From: a virus
DNA length: 64,000 nt
Direction: 5' to 3' (one strand)
IMG/VR virus record: IMGVR_UViG_3300042566_000762
Span: 42,462-106,461 of that record
Positions 35,339-47,000 of this stretch are shown in pieces. Position 1 is the first letter of the stretch. Each line of letters opens with the position of its first letter. The position numbers were made by a program, and so were the translations under genes. The notes below the pieces were generated by a model, which did no database searches, had not been told where the DNA came from, and was given only the letters and a program-made list of their open reading frames with translations.

Positions 35339-38300
35339 ACCCATCTACTTTTTTTATTTCTATCAATCCATCTACAATATCTCTCATTTGTTCTAAGTGA
35401 GAAATCATCCATATAAAATCGAATTGTGTTTTAAGATATTGCATCATCATAAATAAAGATGATAAGTTATCAGCATCTAATGTTCCAAATCCTTCATCCA
35501 CTACTAAGAAATTCGGACGAGGTAAATTACACACATTGATAAGTGCAACTCTAATTGCCAACCCACTTACGAATTTCTCCATACCACTACACATTTCTAA
35601 TGGCCATTCCTGGTCTTCGTAAACAATTTTTGCATTGATTGACTTGCCGTCCATTTCCATTGTAACACCAAAGTCTACAACTTGTGCAAGAATGTTATTG
35701 ATTTCATTTTCAATTACCGGAAGTGCTTTACTAATCAACTCATATGGAATACCATCTCTCTTCACAGCATCTAAATAATAGGTGTATAATCGGTTCTTTT
35801 CTTCTAAGTCCTTAACATCACTCATCTTCTGCTTTATACCCTCTATATAGGTCTGTAATGATGAAATAGAACCATTTGTAGTAGCTATCTGTTTACTGAT
35901 ATCTTTAATATCCAACTCAATTTTATGTTTCTCTACCTCTAATTCTTTGATTTGTTTTTCTAACTCTTTATTGCTTTCAATTGTTTCTTCGTTTTCAAAA
36001 TACTTCTCAATATCTTCTTCAACTTTATCTAATTGAGTTTGTAATAATTCTTCTTTTGTTTCCAACCCCTTCAATTCGGCCTCTGCCGTTTTTAAGATAC
36101 CTTTGGATTGTCCAAGTTTTATTTTTAAGTCGGTCAATTCATTATATTGTTCCTCAACACCTTCCATCGTATCTATGGTTTGTTGAATACCAACACAATC
36201 AATCATTGCTTGTTTAACTATTTCTTGTAATTGAGGCAATGCTTCTTTTGACTTCATTGCATCTTTTACAAATGTGTTATCACAACAAAATTTACAATTT
36301 GGGTCATATTCATGTTTATCCAAATGTTTAATCTTTTCTTCTGCACCCCTTAAATACACTTTTGCAGTGTCATATACTTTAGTAGCTTCAATTAAAGATT
36401 TTTGTTCTCGTTGATAGTTTGAATAGACAATTTCTATATCAATACCATTTGATTGTTTCTTTTCATCTATTGATTGTGAAATTTCTTCAATTTTTCCTTC
36501 TAATATTTTAATGAATGTTTCTTTTGTCCCAATTAAAGTTGTATTGTTTTGAATATCTTCACCCAAACCCTTTCTTTTTTCTTCCAATTTAGGTAAGTCC
36601 AAATTAGAGTCAATTGGAGTAAGGTTTCTACTTAATTCCAATATAATACCATCTAACCCATCCTTATTACCATTCAACTTAGCCAATTCTTTCTCAAATT
36701 CTTTTAATTCACCTTTCTTATCTTTCAACTCATTTGCTTTATCAGCAAGTTCAGTTGTAAAATCAGTTTTCTTAAAGTTCTTAATTAAGACCGAAACTTC
36801 TTTAATATCTTCGGTTGCGGTTTCGTATAATTTATCAAAAACATTCAATCCCATAAATTGAGCAAGTAAGTCTTTCCTCTCACTTTGTGACTTATCAATG
36901 AATATAGAATTATTACCTTGTAAAGATAATGTAGTCAATACAAAATCTTCATACTTACCAACATATTGTTCAATGACTTGATTTGTATCCCTTCTTTCAG
37001 TTCCGTTCAAAGATATTTTCTCATCACCATCAATATACCAAAAGTTTACATCAACTTTTACATTCTTACCTTTGTTAATTGTTTTTGCAGTTCTTTCGAT
37101 AAAATAATCTACTCCATTAACTTGGAAATTTAAATAACATCTAAAATCAGTCTTACGATTGTTTAGGATATTAGCTGCTTTGAATGCTCTACTACTTTTA
37201 TCATAAAGACAAAATGAAATAGCATCAAAGATAGATGACTTACCTTGTGCATTTGGTGCAAACAATCCCATCAATCCATTTAACTTACTAAAATCAATTT
37301 TGTTATCTTCACCATAACTAAACATATTGGAAAACTCAAATCTAATTGGTTTCCACATAATGTTTCTTAAAGTATCTTCATGTACAATTCTACTATTTAC
37401 ATCTCTGTTAATATTTTCTAGTTCTGCCAAATCTTTCTTATCAACGAATGGCATCATTCTTTCTACATATTCATTGATTAAAGAGTTTTGATAATTGATG
37501 TCGGAAATATCTTCAAAGTCTAATTTATTTTGTCTATCTCCTGTTTTCTTTTTTGATAATGAGTCCGTTCTAATAATTGTAAAGTCCTCAACACCATATT
37601 TCATTTTAATTTCTGCAATTACTTTTTTAGTATCCGCAGTATCTGTATTTGACAATCTTACTCTTAAACGAGGATGTTTTGGCATATCATTTACAACTGG
37701 AACTTTACCATTGTCGATATCCATTGTATAATAACCATAATCATTTTGTAAATCAACTTCTTCATAGGTCATTGTGTCCAAATCCCATGCTAAAAAACCA
37801 TGTCTACCCAATGTTTCACCAAAGTTTTGTTGGATTAGTGAACCTGCATAAACTACCTTACAACCTTTCGGACTTATCATTTCCTGACGCTTATGAATAT
37901 CACCTAATAAGGCTAAATCAAATCCATCAAATATATCCGTTGTAAAATGTCTACTACTTACTACATATCCAATATCAGTTTGTGAATTATCAACAGGTCC
38001 GTGGAATAATGCAATCTTTTTATTACCAAATAGTTTATCAGCAGTAATCCAATTGTCTTTGTTATCTAAAATACTAAATACTGAAAAATCAACACCACCA
38101 ATTGAATAAACCTGTGTATCTTTTAAATAATAAAAGTTTTCCAATTCCAATGCATCAACAATAGGAGTAAGAACATCCATTCTATCCATATTGTTCATAT
38201 TACAATCGTGATTTCCGGTAATAAGAATTGTAGGGCAAGTTTTAGCACACTCTTTAAATAACCAACTTATTTCGTTGACTAATTCAGGTGACATTTCTAA

Positions 38301-38462
38301 TTTAGCGTGGGCAATATCACCTGCTAAATATATAATTGCATCTTCCGTTCCTCTTTTACGGATTTCTACAAACATTTTTTCAAATATCTGTCTATACTCT
38401 TTGTGTCTTTTCACATTACGGATATGAACATCCGCTATATGATAAATCTTCTTTAAACTCAT
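35319..38462 (-). CDS. Fused Mre11/SbcD nuclease and Rad50/SbcC ATPase
   Basis: Phosphoesterase motifs ADVH, AGD, GNHD, FHG, GDIH; Walker A NAQGKSS, Q-loop, coiled coil with CKFC hook, signature CSGME, Walker B VVDEGFGTLD, ISH. Confidence 0.92.
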   Translation of the reverse strand: MSLKKIYHIADVHIRNVKRHKEYRQIFEKMFVEIRKRGTEDAIIYLAGDIAHAKLEMSPELVNEISWLFKECAKTCPTILITGNHDCNMNNMDRMDVLTPIVDALELENFYYLKDTQVYSIGGVDFSVFSILDNKDNWITADKLFGNKKIALFHGPVDNSQTDIGYVVSSRHFTTDIFDGFDLALLGDIHKRQEMISPKGCKVVYAGSLIQQNFGETLGRHGFLAWDLDTMTYEEVDLQNDYGYYTMDIDNGKVPVVNDMPKHPRLRVRLSNTDTADTKKVIAEIKMKYGVEDFTIIRTDSLSKKKTGDRQNKLDFEDISDINYQNSLINEYVERMMPFVDKKDLAELENINRDVNSRIVHEDTLRNIMWKPIRFEFSNMFSYGEDNKIDFSKLNGLMGLFAPNAQGKSSIFDAISFCLYDKSSRAFKAANILNNRKTDFRCYLNFQVNGVDYFIERTAKTINKGKNVKVDVNFWYIDGDEKISLNGTERRDTNQVIEQYVGKYEDFVLTTLSLQGNNSIFIDKSQSERKDLLAQFMGLNVFDKLYETATEDIKEVSVLIKNFKKTDFTTELADKANELKDKKGELKEFEKELAKLNGNKDGLDGIILELSRNLTPIDSNLDLPKLEEKRKGLGEDIQNNTTLIGTKETFIKILEGKIEEISQSIDEKKQSNGIDIEIVYSNYQREQKSLIEATKVYDTAKVYLRGAEEKIKHLDKHEYDPNCKFCCDNTFVKDAMKSKEALPQLQEIVKQAMIDCVGIQQTIDTMEGVEEQYNELTDLKIKLGQSKGILKTAEAELKGLETKEELLQTQLDKVEEDIEKYFENEETIESNKELEKQIKELEVEKHKIELDIKDISKQIATTNGSISSLQTYIEGIKQKMSDVKDLEEKNRLYTYYLDAVKRDGIPYELISKALPVIENEINNILAQVVDFGVTMEMDGKSINAKIVYEDQEWPLEMCSGMEKFVSGLAIRVALINVCNLPRPNFLVVDEGFGTLDADNLSSLFMMMQYLKTQFDFIWMISHLEQMRDIVDGLIEIKKVDGFSKIDF

Positions 38463-39400
38463 AATGAATTTATTTTGTTCAATAATAATTCTTCCGATGA
38501 AAACTCTTTAGCTTCCTTCAACTCTTCGTAGAATTTTTCATACCCCATATCGGCGGCATCTTTGTCTTTAAGATACATCATTTTTACATGAATACCTTGC
38601 TTTCTAAAATATTCGGCAGCTTTAAGTGCCTCATTTATTGCATCGTTATCCAATGAAATAATAATGTCAGTAATTCCACTCATAAAGATTTTCTCCACCA
38701 ATGTTCTAGATGGAAACTTACCTAGTAATGGAATTGCATTTCTTTTAATTGTAATTGCATCAAATACACCCTCACAAAGTATAATCGGTTCATTCCAATT
38801 AACTTGTGAATCAAAACATATTACATTTTTACTGATTGGAGGATTTTTGTATTTCATTTTGTTGTCCGGATAATACGAACGAGAAACAAAGTAATTCAAT
38901 GACCCATCGGAATTGTATGATGGTATAATTACTCTTTGTCCATATAATCCTTCTTTACAATATCCTATGTTATATTTGATTATATCTTTTTCGGTAATAC
39001 CTCTTTGAGTAAGGTAATGGATTGCATGTTTATATTCTGGATTAAACCCCTTTGGAGTCTCACTAAGTGATATAAATTCTTTTGGTAGGGAAATGAACAC
39101 CTTTGTATCGGCATCCTCTAATTGTGGGTTATAATTACTATCTCCGTAGATTTCTCTAATGATTGAAATAGTCTTTCTATCAACATCTAACTTTTTTAAT
39201 AAAGATGTCAATTTCTTACCACCACTATTGCAAGTCCAACAATGCCACTTTTGTGTTTCCGTATTAACTTGTAGTTTTTGTTTGTGGTGATTACAAAAAG
39301 GACAATAAAATGCCAACTCATTCCCTTTTAGAGTGAGATGACTACCTAACACGCCGGTTAGAGTAGATACGACTATATTCTTATCATTTTGCTTCAACAC
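38459..39400 (-). CDS. DNA primase (Zn finger + TOPRIM)
   Basis: CPFCNHH..WHCWTC, CEGVFD, LDND, KDAAD; GTG start. Confidence 0.9.
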   Translation of the reverse strand: MLKQNDKNIVVSTLTGVLGSHLTLKGNELAFYCPFCNHHKQKLQVNTETQKWHCWTCNSGGKKLTSLLKKLDVDRKTISIIREIYGDSNYNPQLEDADTKVFISLPKEFISLSETPKGFNPEYKHAIHYLTQRGITEKDIIKYNIGYCKEGLYGQRVIIPSYNSDGSLNYFVSRSYYPDNKMKYKNPPISKNVICFDSQVNWNEPIILCEGVFDAITIKRNAIPLLGKFPSRTLVEKIFMSGITDIIISLDNDAINEALKAAEYFRKQGIHVKMMYLKDKDAADMGYEKFYEELKEAKEFSSEELLLNKINSL

Positions 39401-39404
39401 CCCC

Positions 39405-39436
39405 TAAATATACGACAAATATTTGATATTACCAAA
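39405..39436 (-). promoter_or_regulatory. Bacteroidota sigma70-like promoter
   Basis: TTTGGTAATATCAAATATTTGTCGTATATTTA, 4 nt before the primase start. Confidence 0.65.
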
Positions 39437-39440
39437 TAAT

Positions 39441-39866
39441 TTATGGTCTATTTTCCTCCAAAAACCACTCATTTGGGATGATTTTGTCCGCATATTTATA
39501 TCCGTTCTTTTCACACCAATCTCCATAGGTCGTTTTAGACTTTTTGCTGATTTTGTTCTTTGAATTGGAAAATACGAAACGAATGTCCAAATGTGGGTTG
39601 TGTTCTTTAACTAATAGGTGTTTTTTCCTATCGGCAGCTACAAACCTACCTTTTGTCTCCACTCTAATGCCATTTGGTAATTTGAAGTCAGGACTATATG
39701 TGTGATTTGATGCAGGAATTATATATGGAACCTTTTCAGTTTCATACTCTACTTTAATTCCTTGAGATTCTATTTGTTGAGAAATGGTTTCTTCTAAACC
39801 AGACTTAAATCCATACTTCTTCGCAACCCATTTTGGATTGTTCTTTTTTGTAACTTTTTTAGCCAT
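39441..39866 (-). CDS. T7 endonuclease I-like Holliday junction resolvase
   Basis: KSGLEE, YSPDF, VETKGRF, DIRFVF, TTYGDWC. Confidence 0.9.
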   Translation of the reverse strand: MAKKVTKKNNPKWVAKKYGFKSGLEETISQQIESQGIKVEYETEKVPYIIPASNHTYSPDFKLPNGIRVETKGRFVAADRKKHLLVKEHNPHLDIRFVFSNSKNKISKKSKTTYGDWCEKNGYKYADKIIPNEWFLEENRP

Positions 39867-39878
39867 TAAATTCTTTTA

Positions 39879-40166
39879 TTATGATGGGTCTTTCTTAACA
39901 GTTGCAGAATACTTCTTTGCAGAAGTTGCTCCACCAACATAAGTACTTCCTGCACCCAAATCACCTAATTGATATCTACCAATACCTTTTTTTGTTTCAA
40001 AAGCTTTTACACCTTCGTCATCATCAGCAGCTTGTTTATCTCGTGCACCCTTTGTGTATGGGGTAATGTCTTTCTTAAAAGCTTCTAACGCCTTGATATC
40101 AGGCCCACCTTTTGTAAAAGATACTGTTTTGTTAGCTTCGTATAATTCTAAAATACTTTTTGCCAT
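39879..40166 (-). CDS. Hypothetical protein (95 aa)
   Basis: ORF with ATATTTAT upstream at 40182-40189. Confidence 0.65.
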   Translation of the reverse strand: MAKSILELYEANKTVSFTKGGPDIKALEAFKKDITPYTKGARDKQAADDDEGVKAFETKKGIGRYQLGDLGAGSTYVGGATSAKKYSATVKKDPS

Positions 40167-40207
40167 ATTTCTTATTTTAATATAAATATAAATTATTTGA
40201 TAAAAAA

Positions 40208-40867
40208 TTATAATTCGGGTCTAATGAAATGTCCATTGAATGGATAATGTGAATTTGGTATTAAATTTAAAGATAAAAATGTTTCAGCCAACCAAAAGTG
40301 ACTATGTATTTTTAAAGATGCATCCGTTACATCTGGAATCATGTTAATCCACTTGCCCATTACATCCACACTTCCCATAAACATCACATCCTGTGCTATA
40401 AATTTACATGGTTTCCCTTCAGTAAATTTAATATCTTTTCCAAATAAATCATTGGGATGTTCGTTTATCCAATCATAAACATTTATATCAATCAATGAAT
40501 TGGTTGATAATACCGAATCACTTCTCATTAAAATAACCATATCATAATCTTTGCATGATTCCAACATCAATCTATATAAATTTTTCCAATGAAACATTAA
40601 CATATTAGAACTTGGGTATTCTGGTTTTATTGGAAATATTAAATCTTCGTCTAAAATATCATAAACACAATTTGGTAAATAATCGGTTATCATATTCGGC
40701 GTAACATCAAACTCTTTAATTAAATCACTATTTGAATATTTTTGTTTGGATTTATTCCAAGTAGAAAAATAATAATCACATTCATAATATTTTTCTATAT
40801 CAATCCACTTATCTATACAATTATCAAATTCTCGATACATCCCATAAATTAAAATAGCAGCTTTCAT
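40208..40867 (-). CDS. Putative GT-A-like glycosyltransferase (paralog of 21787/22656)
   Basis: AAILIYGMYR, DYYFSTW, YDMVILMRSD, QDVMFMG. Confidence 0.6.
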   Translation of the reverse strand: MKAAILIYGMYREFDNCIDKWIDIEKYYECDYYFSTWNKSKQKYSNSDLIKEFDVTPNMITDYLPNCVYDILDEDLIFPIKPEYPSSNMLMFHWKNLYRLMLESCKDYDMVILMRSDSVLSTNSLIDINVYDWINEHPNDLFGKDIKFTEGKPCKFIAQDVMFMGSVDVMGKWINMIPDVTDASLKIHSHFWLAETFLSLNLIPNSHYPFNGHFIRPEL

Positions 40868-40870
40868 CGA

Positions 40871-42082
40871 TTAAGTATCAAACCTAACAATAAAGTTTAC
40901 AGGAATATCAGGTTCCGATTTTATCGGTTGTGGCAATTTAGCAACTGCTACTAAATCACAATTATCATCATATAAACCAATTGTTGTTATAAATGGTGCA
41001 AGGAATGAGCCAGTTGAATCCAATGATGAACTATATTCATATTGTTCAAATCCACCGGATATTGTATTGTTATAAGAAGATGTAAAAGTATAATCTAATA
41101 CATTTCCATTTTCTAATGTTGATTTTTTACGAATATACTTTATTCCAGAGTTTGTTGTTGTTTTATATATTTTACCATCAGAACCCGTTACAAACAACGT
41201 TTCTTTTCCTACTTCTACAATTGCAGATGGGTTAGTTGAAACATTAAATTCATCTTCATTTGCAATTAATAAATACTCATGTTCATATATTGTTTCTGTT
41301 GATTTATACGTCAAATCCCAATTAGTTCCTTTTATATTGATAGCATCGGATGTTACCGATTCTCTTGTTACAACAATCAATCCTTGTGGATAAAAAATAT
41401 TACCAACTTTAATACCTTGTGACTCCTCAGGTAAAAATGGAATATCCTTTGCAACCAAAAAACCATTGGATATATCGATTGAATCAATTATTAAATTATA
41501 TACAATACCATTATATCGTATCTTCAATGTTTTGTTTTCAATATCAAAATCACCCGTTCCATCCAATACTGAACCTGTGTAACTATATTCGGCTAAGTCT
41601 TCGAATTCGACTACTTCACTTTCAACATCCAATTTTGATAATATTAATTTATCTCTTTCATCATATAAATTACCATATTTATCGTCAATATATGTTAAAT
41701 CATCATTATACAATAAAACCGAACCTTTTTTAATACCATCACCTATTGCAATTTGTGGTATTGAAATAACAACAGCTGAACCTGATAAAAACCTTTCATT
41801 TGTATTTACTTTTTTTGAATAAATTGGTTTTTTATTTCCAAATCTTATAAATGGATTATCTTCATGTCCATTATAAAATTGAGCCCTCAATTGGCCGTAT
41901 ATAGAATGTTTATTATACGCAGAACCACTTAAATATCCAATTGAAGAAATTGTTTCATCTATTGATGCATAATTTCCATTTTGCGCATTAAATATAGATA
42001 AATTAGAAGTTTCTTTATTCCACTCTTTATAGGCCTTAAATGGTCTAATACTAATATCCGACTTTGGTATTCTTTTTAACAT
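40871..42082 (-). CDS. Baseplate/tail-collar structural protein
   Basis: C-terminal ITTIGLYDDNCDLVAVAKL motif shared with 42156 and typical of tail-collar fibre domains. Confidence 0.6.
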   Translation of the reverse strand: MLKRIPKSDISIRPFKAYKEWNKETSNLSIFNAQNGNYASIDETISSIGYLSGSAYNKHSIYGQLRAQFYNGHEDNPFIRFGNKKPIYSKKVNTNERFLSGSAVVISIPQIAIGDGIKKGSVLLYNDDLTYIDDKYGNLYDERDKLILSKLDVESEVVEFEDLAEYSYTGSVLDGTGDFDIENKTLKIRYNGIVYNLIIDSIDISNGFLVAKDIPFLPEESQGIKVGNIFYPQGLIVVTRESVTSDAINIKGTNWDLTYKSTETIYEHEYLLIANEDEFNVSTNPSAIVEVGKETLFVTGSDGKIYKTTTNSGIKYIRKKSTLENGNVLDYTFTSSYNNTISGGFEQYEYSSSLDSTGSFLAPFITTIGLYDDNCDLVAVAKLPQPIKSEPDIPVNFIVRFDT

Positions 42083-42089
42083 ATCGTAT

Positions 42090-42097
42090 ATAAATAT
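42090..42097 (-). promoter_or_regulatory. Putative late promoter motif ATATTTAT
   Basis: GATATTTATATACGAT-ATG, just downstream of a terminator. Confidence 0.55.
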
Positions 42098-42100
42098 CTT

Positions 42101-42130
42101 AAAACTAAAAACCCACCAAATTAAGGTGGG
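42101..42130 (-). terminator. Rho-independent terminator
   Basis: CCCACC-TTAATTT-GGTGGG followed by TTTTTAGTTTT on the minus strand, after gene 42156. Confidence 0.8.
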
Positions 42131-42155
42131 CCATAGTTTTTATTTTATTCTCCGA

Positions 42156-43397
42156 TTAGAAGTCTAATTTAACTTTGATTGCAACTTCCTTATCAAATGA
42201 TTTTTCAATTGGTTTAGAAGTTTTTGCTACTGCTAATAATTCGTTTGCATCATCATAAAGACCAACTGTTGTAATGTAAACTTTAGGGTCTCTTTCAAAT
42301 GATGAATTAACAAATGCTCCAACTGAACCAGTTACAAATGTTGGATTGTTTGAGAAGTTAAATTCTCTATTGTTTGCTCTTACAAAATAATGTGATGTAG
42401 AAACGTTTTCAGTTCTACGAACCTGGAAATCCATACCACCACTAATTGCCATCAACAATGCAACCGAACCTGAGTTACTACCATTATTTTGATGGTAAGT
42501 TGAAGTTATAGAATTATTTGCTGCGGCTAATTTAGGGTCAACTGCTGATTCCAATGCTTCTGGGTTCAATAAGATGATTCCCATATCAGGATAGAATAAA
42601 CCAAATCCTTTACCATTAGGAGCGGTGTATGAAGAAATTGATGCAGTTAATGCTGAACCAATATTCAATGAACCACTAACCATATTATAAACTCTTCCTG
42701 CAGTTGTTACATTTTCATCTGTTCCACCACTATCATCAATTAAAGTGATAGTTCTAACTGAACCAGAAAGTTCAATTGAAATGTTACCTGGGTCCAATCT
42801 TTCTTTGTATCTTGCTCTATTTACATTGATTGCGTAAAATGATGTCATATCAACTCCAGCTGCAGTAGAACCTGTGTAAACACTAAAGTAAGGGTCTGCT
42901 GAATCTAATAATACGTTTTTGTATTGATTATATGTAGCTTTTGTTGGTAATGTTGAATCATCGTTTTGAGTCAATGTAGGTGCACCAAATCCTCTTGAAT
43001 CACCATATGCGATTGAGAATTGAACCTCAGCTGCTTCAGATGAAGTTTGCATATTGTAAACATCTAAATAGTATTTACCACTAGTAGATGCAACCTGTAC
43101 AGAAGATGTATAATTTGCTTTAACATCCAAAGAACCCGTATCACCACTCCATATTCCAGAAGTTACGATTTCAGTTCTATTAGTTACTTTATCAATTGCA
43201 CCAAATTTTTTATAGATACCATTTGATATTGATGTAATATCTGAACTAATTTGTTCACCTGTACCTAAAAATTGGTTTACAATTCTAACTAATTCGCTAG
43301 TATCTACGGGAGTTCCTGCGGTGTTTGCTGCACCTGCTAAGTATTGCGATATATTACTTGCTAAAAGGGCTCCTCTATTGTCTCTTATTACTGCCAT
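42156..43397 (-). CDS. Baseplate/tail structural protein
   Basis: YITTVGLYDDANELLAVAK C-terminus; Ser/Thr-rich; in the baseplate cluster. Confidence 0.65.
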   Translation of the reverse strand: MAVIRDNRGALLASNISQYLAGAANTAGTPVDTSELVRIVNQFLGTGEQISSDITSISNGIYKKFGAIDKVTNRTEIVTSGIWSGDTGSLDVKANYTSSVQVASTSGKYYLDVYNMQTSSEAAEVQFSIAYGDSRGFGAPTLTQNDDSTLPTKATYNQYKNVLLDSADPYFSVYTGSTAAGVDMTSFYAINVNRARYKERLDPGNISIELSGSVRTITLIDDSGGTDENVTTAGRVYNMVSGSLNIGSALTASISSYTAPNGKGFGLFYPDMGIILLNPEALESAVDPKLAAANNSITSTYHQNNGSNSGSVALLMAISGGMDFQVRRTENVSTSHYFVRANNREFNFSNNPTFVTGSVGAFVNSSFERDPKVYITTVGLYDDANELLAVAKTSKPIEKSFDKEVAIKVKLDF

Positions 43398-43406
43398 GGT
43401 ATTTTA

Positions 43407-44030
43407 TTATTGAACGTAAGTTACTGTTATTGGAATTGTTTGTGAACCACCCGTTTCGTTACCATAAACTGTAATTGTAGTTCTGATGGTCGAAGTTAAA
43501 GATGGATTTGGAATAAATTTGAAAGATAATCCTTTTGCAATCGCTGCCGTTGCAGATACATCGTCACCGATAAATACTGGAACAGAACCAATTTCAGATG
43601 TTACACCTTCGCCTACAATATCACCTGCATTTTTATTAGATAATACAATAGTATATCCTAAACTTCTATTACCAGCTGGAGATGTAGTTGGAGATAATGC
43701 AACCTCACCACTTTTTTGATTAACTGAAATATTTGGAACACCAAACTCAACAACAGGAATTCTTGTTGTATTTTTTGGAAGGGTTACCAACTTATATTTC
43801 ATAACTTGTGTTTCATCAGGATTAGCTTCTAATACAGGCATATTTTTAATTGCTGCATCGTAATAAGAAGAACCCAATGGATGAGCCGGTTCATAAAGTG
43901 TGTAATCAATCTCATCATCTGCTAATGCAAATTGAGTTATGTTTAAACCCTGACCTGCTGCTAATTTTTCTCTACCTTTTTTGGTAAGAATTGCATCAAC
44001 CGTTAATTCGGTGTTACTTAAATATCCCAT
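43407..44030 (-). CDS. Baseplate/tail-collar structural protein
   Basis: AILTKKGREKLA..ITQFALADDEIDY resembles tail-collar N-termini; ATATTTAT at 44054-44061. Confidence 0.65.
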   Translation of the reverse strand: MGYLSNTELTVDAILTKKGREKLAAGQGLNITQFALADDEIDYTLYEPAHPLGSSYYDAAIKNMPVLEANPDETQVMKYKLVTLPKNTTRIPVVEFGVPNISVNQKSGEVALSPTTSPAGNRSLGYTIVLSNKNAGDIVGEGVTSEIGSVPVFIGDDVSATAAIAKGLSFKFIPNPSLTSTIRTTITVYGNETGGSQTIPITVTYVQ

Positions 44031-44078
44031 AGTATTATATTAATCGTTTGTTAATAAATATAGTTTTTATAAAAATTA

Positions 44079-47000
44079 TTACTCAACTTCTAAAATTGGT
44101 TCATTTGCATCTCTACCTGCTTTACTTACTTTCAATGTATTAGGGTTAGTAGTAAAGGTTTCAATAGGAGAACTACCATCTAAAGTAGTTGCCGCAGTGT
44201 TTTTTGAACCTTTAAAGAAACTATTTTCCAATCCTCTTGTTAAATCCGAAGTATTTCTATAATGTGTTGATAAATATCCACTAACTGGTTTTACCGAAAT
44301 TATATTACCTTTAACTGTCGGTATAGTTGAACCCGAAAATGGTTGTATGTTCAAAGAGGTTTCAGTATAAACCGAAGATGTCAATATATAACCATCTCTA
44401 GGGTCACCACTACCATTTATTGTAGTTTTATATTTTAAAATATCTCTACTCTTTTGTTCAGTTACTAAATTAACTCTAATTCTTTCTTTAACAATATTTC
44501 TATTTGTATCATAATAAGTTCTAATTGCAGAACCACTTTCAGCATAAATACCAAACCCAATCGTTTCATAGTCACTTTGACCAACCACTATATTACTATT
44601 AATTAAATCAATTTCAGTCAATATAGTCGGTTCACCCAACCCTGCATTAATATTTGTATATTGTTGATATGAATCACTTGATAAAACAAAATTATCATTT
44701 GTATTAATTAACGAATCATATTGATAATTATTTGCTGTAATTTGGTCTATTGTGGTATCAGTTATTAATGTTTCAAATTGGCCATTTTCACCAGATAAAT
44801 TTTCCCCCAAATTTGAATCTATTATAACTTCCAATTGTCCGTTGTCTGCAGTCAATGTTGTCGTATCTGAAAAATGTATGGTTGCATCTTTTTGATAATC
44901 TTCTGCAGTTGGTTTTTTATGAGAAACTTTACTTCTTTCTAAAATGTGTGGTTCAATCAATAAACCAGTAGTTGCTTTAACTCTTGCCGGTAACATTTTC
45001 TTAATATCCTCAAACATAGATTTCTCATATAGTTTTATTAAGTTAATGTATGCGTAAATATCTCTACCATCAAATCTTTGGAAATAATAATTTCTCAAAT
45101 CATCCAAACGTTTATAATTTGATTTGTATCTATCGGCCGGGTCACCTATGTAATTATCTAAATTAACACCACCCAATGATTTGGCAATATCAATATTCAA
45201 TTCCTTTGTAGGAGAGAAGAATAAACCAACTCTATTAGAATCGGTAGGAGATTGGTCAAATGCTTTTTTAGTAGAACGATTTTTTGATGATAAATCAACA
45301 CCTTCAGAAACATTTTTACCATTCATTGTATATTGTTCTTCAAATCTTACTTTATTTGTTGAATATCTAGTAGAACCAACATCAGGTATCTCCAACACAA
45401 CACTTCTATCTATTGGTTCGAATTGGTATGGATAAGTTGTTATAGATGTAAACCCATACGCACTTGCCGTAAATGATGCCGATGGATTTAGTGAATATAT
45501 GGGTTGTAAGTTTCCATCTTCATAATCATTTCTTGTCAATGATGCGGAAAAATACATATTTGTATCCACATTTATTAAAGAAGATGTTTGATTTAAGTTT
45601 TTAGGATATTCAAAATCTAAACGGAAATATAAATCATCGGTTGATGACGAAATGTGGTTACCATTAATCATTTCAGGAAACGAAACGTGTTCATAGAATC
45701 TTTCCTTTTGTAATGGTGTACTCCATAAACGAAATTCATCAACACTACCTGTAAAATTATTACCCATTCTAATATACGACCCATCATTCCAACTAGATGA
45801 TATGGCTAATATAGACGATGAATATGATTGTTGAAATATAGTTCTTTCCTTATCAGATTGCCTTATGTTTAATTCAAAATTATGATAACTACCACTTACT
45901 TCTCTACTAACTCCAATACCAAAAAATCTATTATTGAAAATAGGTAATAAAGATGACGATATAGCAGAACCACTATAATTAAGTGTTACAACTCCATAAT
46001 TACTATCTGTGCTTCCACTTAAATTTAATATGATACCACCACTGCCACTAATAATATTGTAATTACCTGATGTATATGGTTTTACAAAAAATTCAATTGT
46101 ATCGGGTTTTCTATTTCTTTCAGTATTTTTCCATTCAAATTCAATATAAGAACCACTTATCATATTAAGAGCGGTTGTAATATTATCCATTACCAATTTA
46201 CTCTTTGATATATCAGTTACCTCTGGCCCTCCGAATTCTAATATTGAAAGATTAGATGATGGTATACCATAACAACTTAATAATGCGTAAACTCCTCTTC
46301 GAGTTCCTTTATGTTTTAGTAAGTAAGGTAGATTGTTTGCAATTCTTCTCCAAATTTCAAATGTTCTTTGCTTAGCTGGACTGATATTTTTTGTTGTGCC
46401 TTCACTATCCACCCCAAATACATATTCCCAAAGTTTAGCATCATCTGCCAAATTTTTAGCATCCCAATTAAAAGACTTTAAAACATCAAATAATAATCTA
46501 TCAGGAACACCATTTTTTGATTTATATCCCAAACCTCTACCGTTTTCAATGGATTTTGTATAATAATAAATTACATCAAAATGATGAGCCAACATATTCA
46601 ATAATAAATGAAAACTTTCGGAATTTTCAACATCATTGATAAATGTTGGAATATTATTCATAACCCAATTAGGATTTTCTAAATCAAATGTCTCAGCTGC
46701 AACCGATGCTGATGCATACCAATTGGTGACATTTGTATTTGTATGATATAATCTATTACCACCAATATCATGTGGCCAACTCAAAGAAGATGATGTATAT
46801 AGGAATGCTTCAAAACCGTCAAATCCTTGAAGTATTTGATTTTTCTTTATTATTTGTTTTTCAACTTCTTGCTTTGATACCAATTCATTTACATATGAGC
46901 CTGAGGGCCCACCCGTATAATTGGTTGATGCTGATGTAATTAATTGTTCGTATTTTTCAATTAATTGAACTTTATAAACAAAATTATCTACTCTTTCTTT

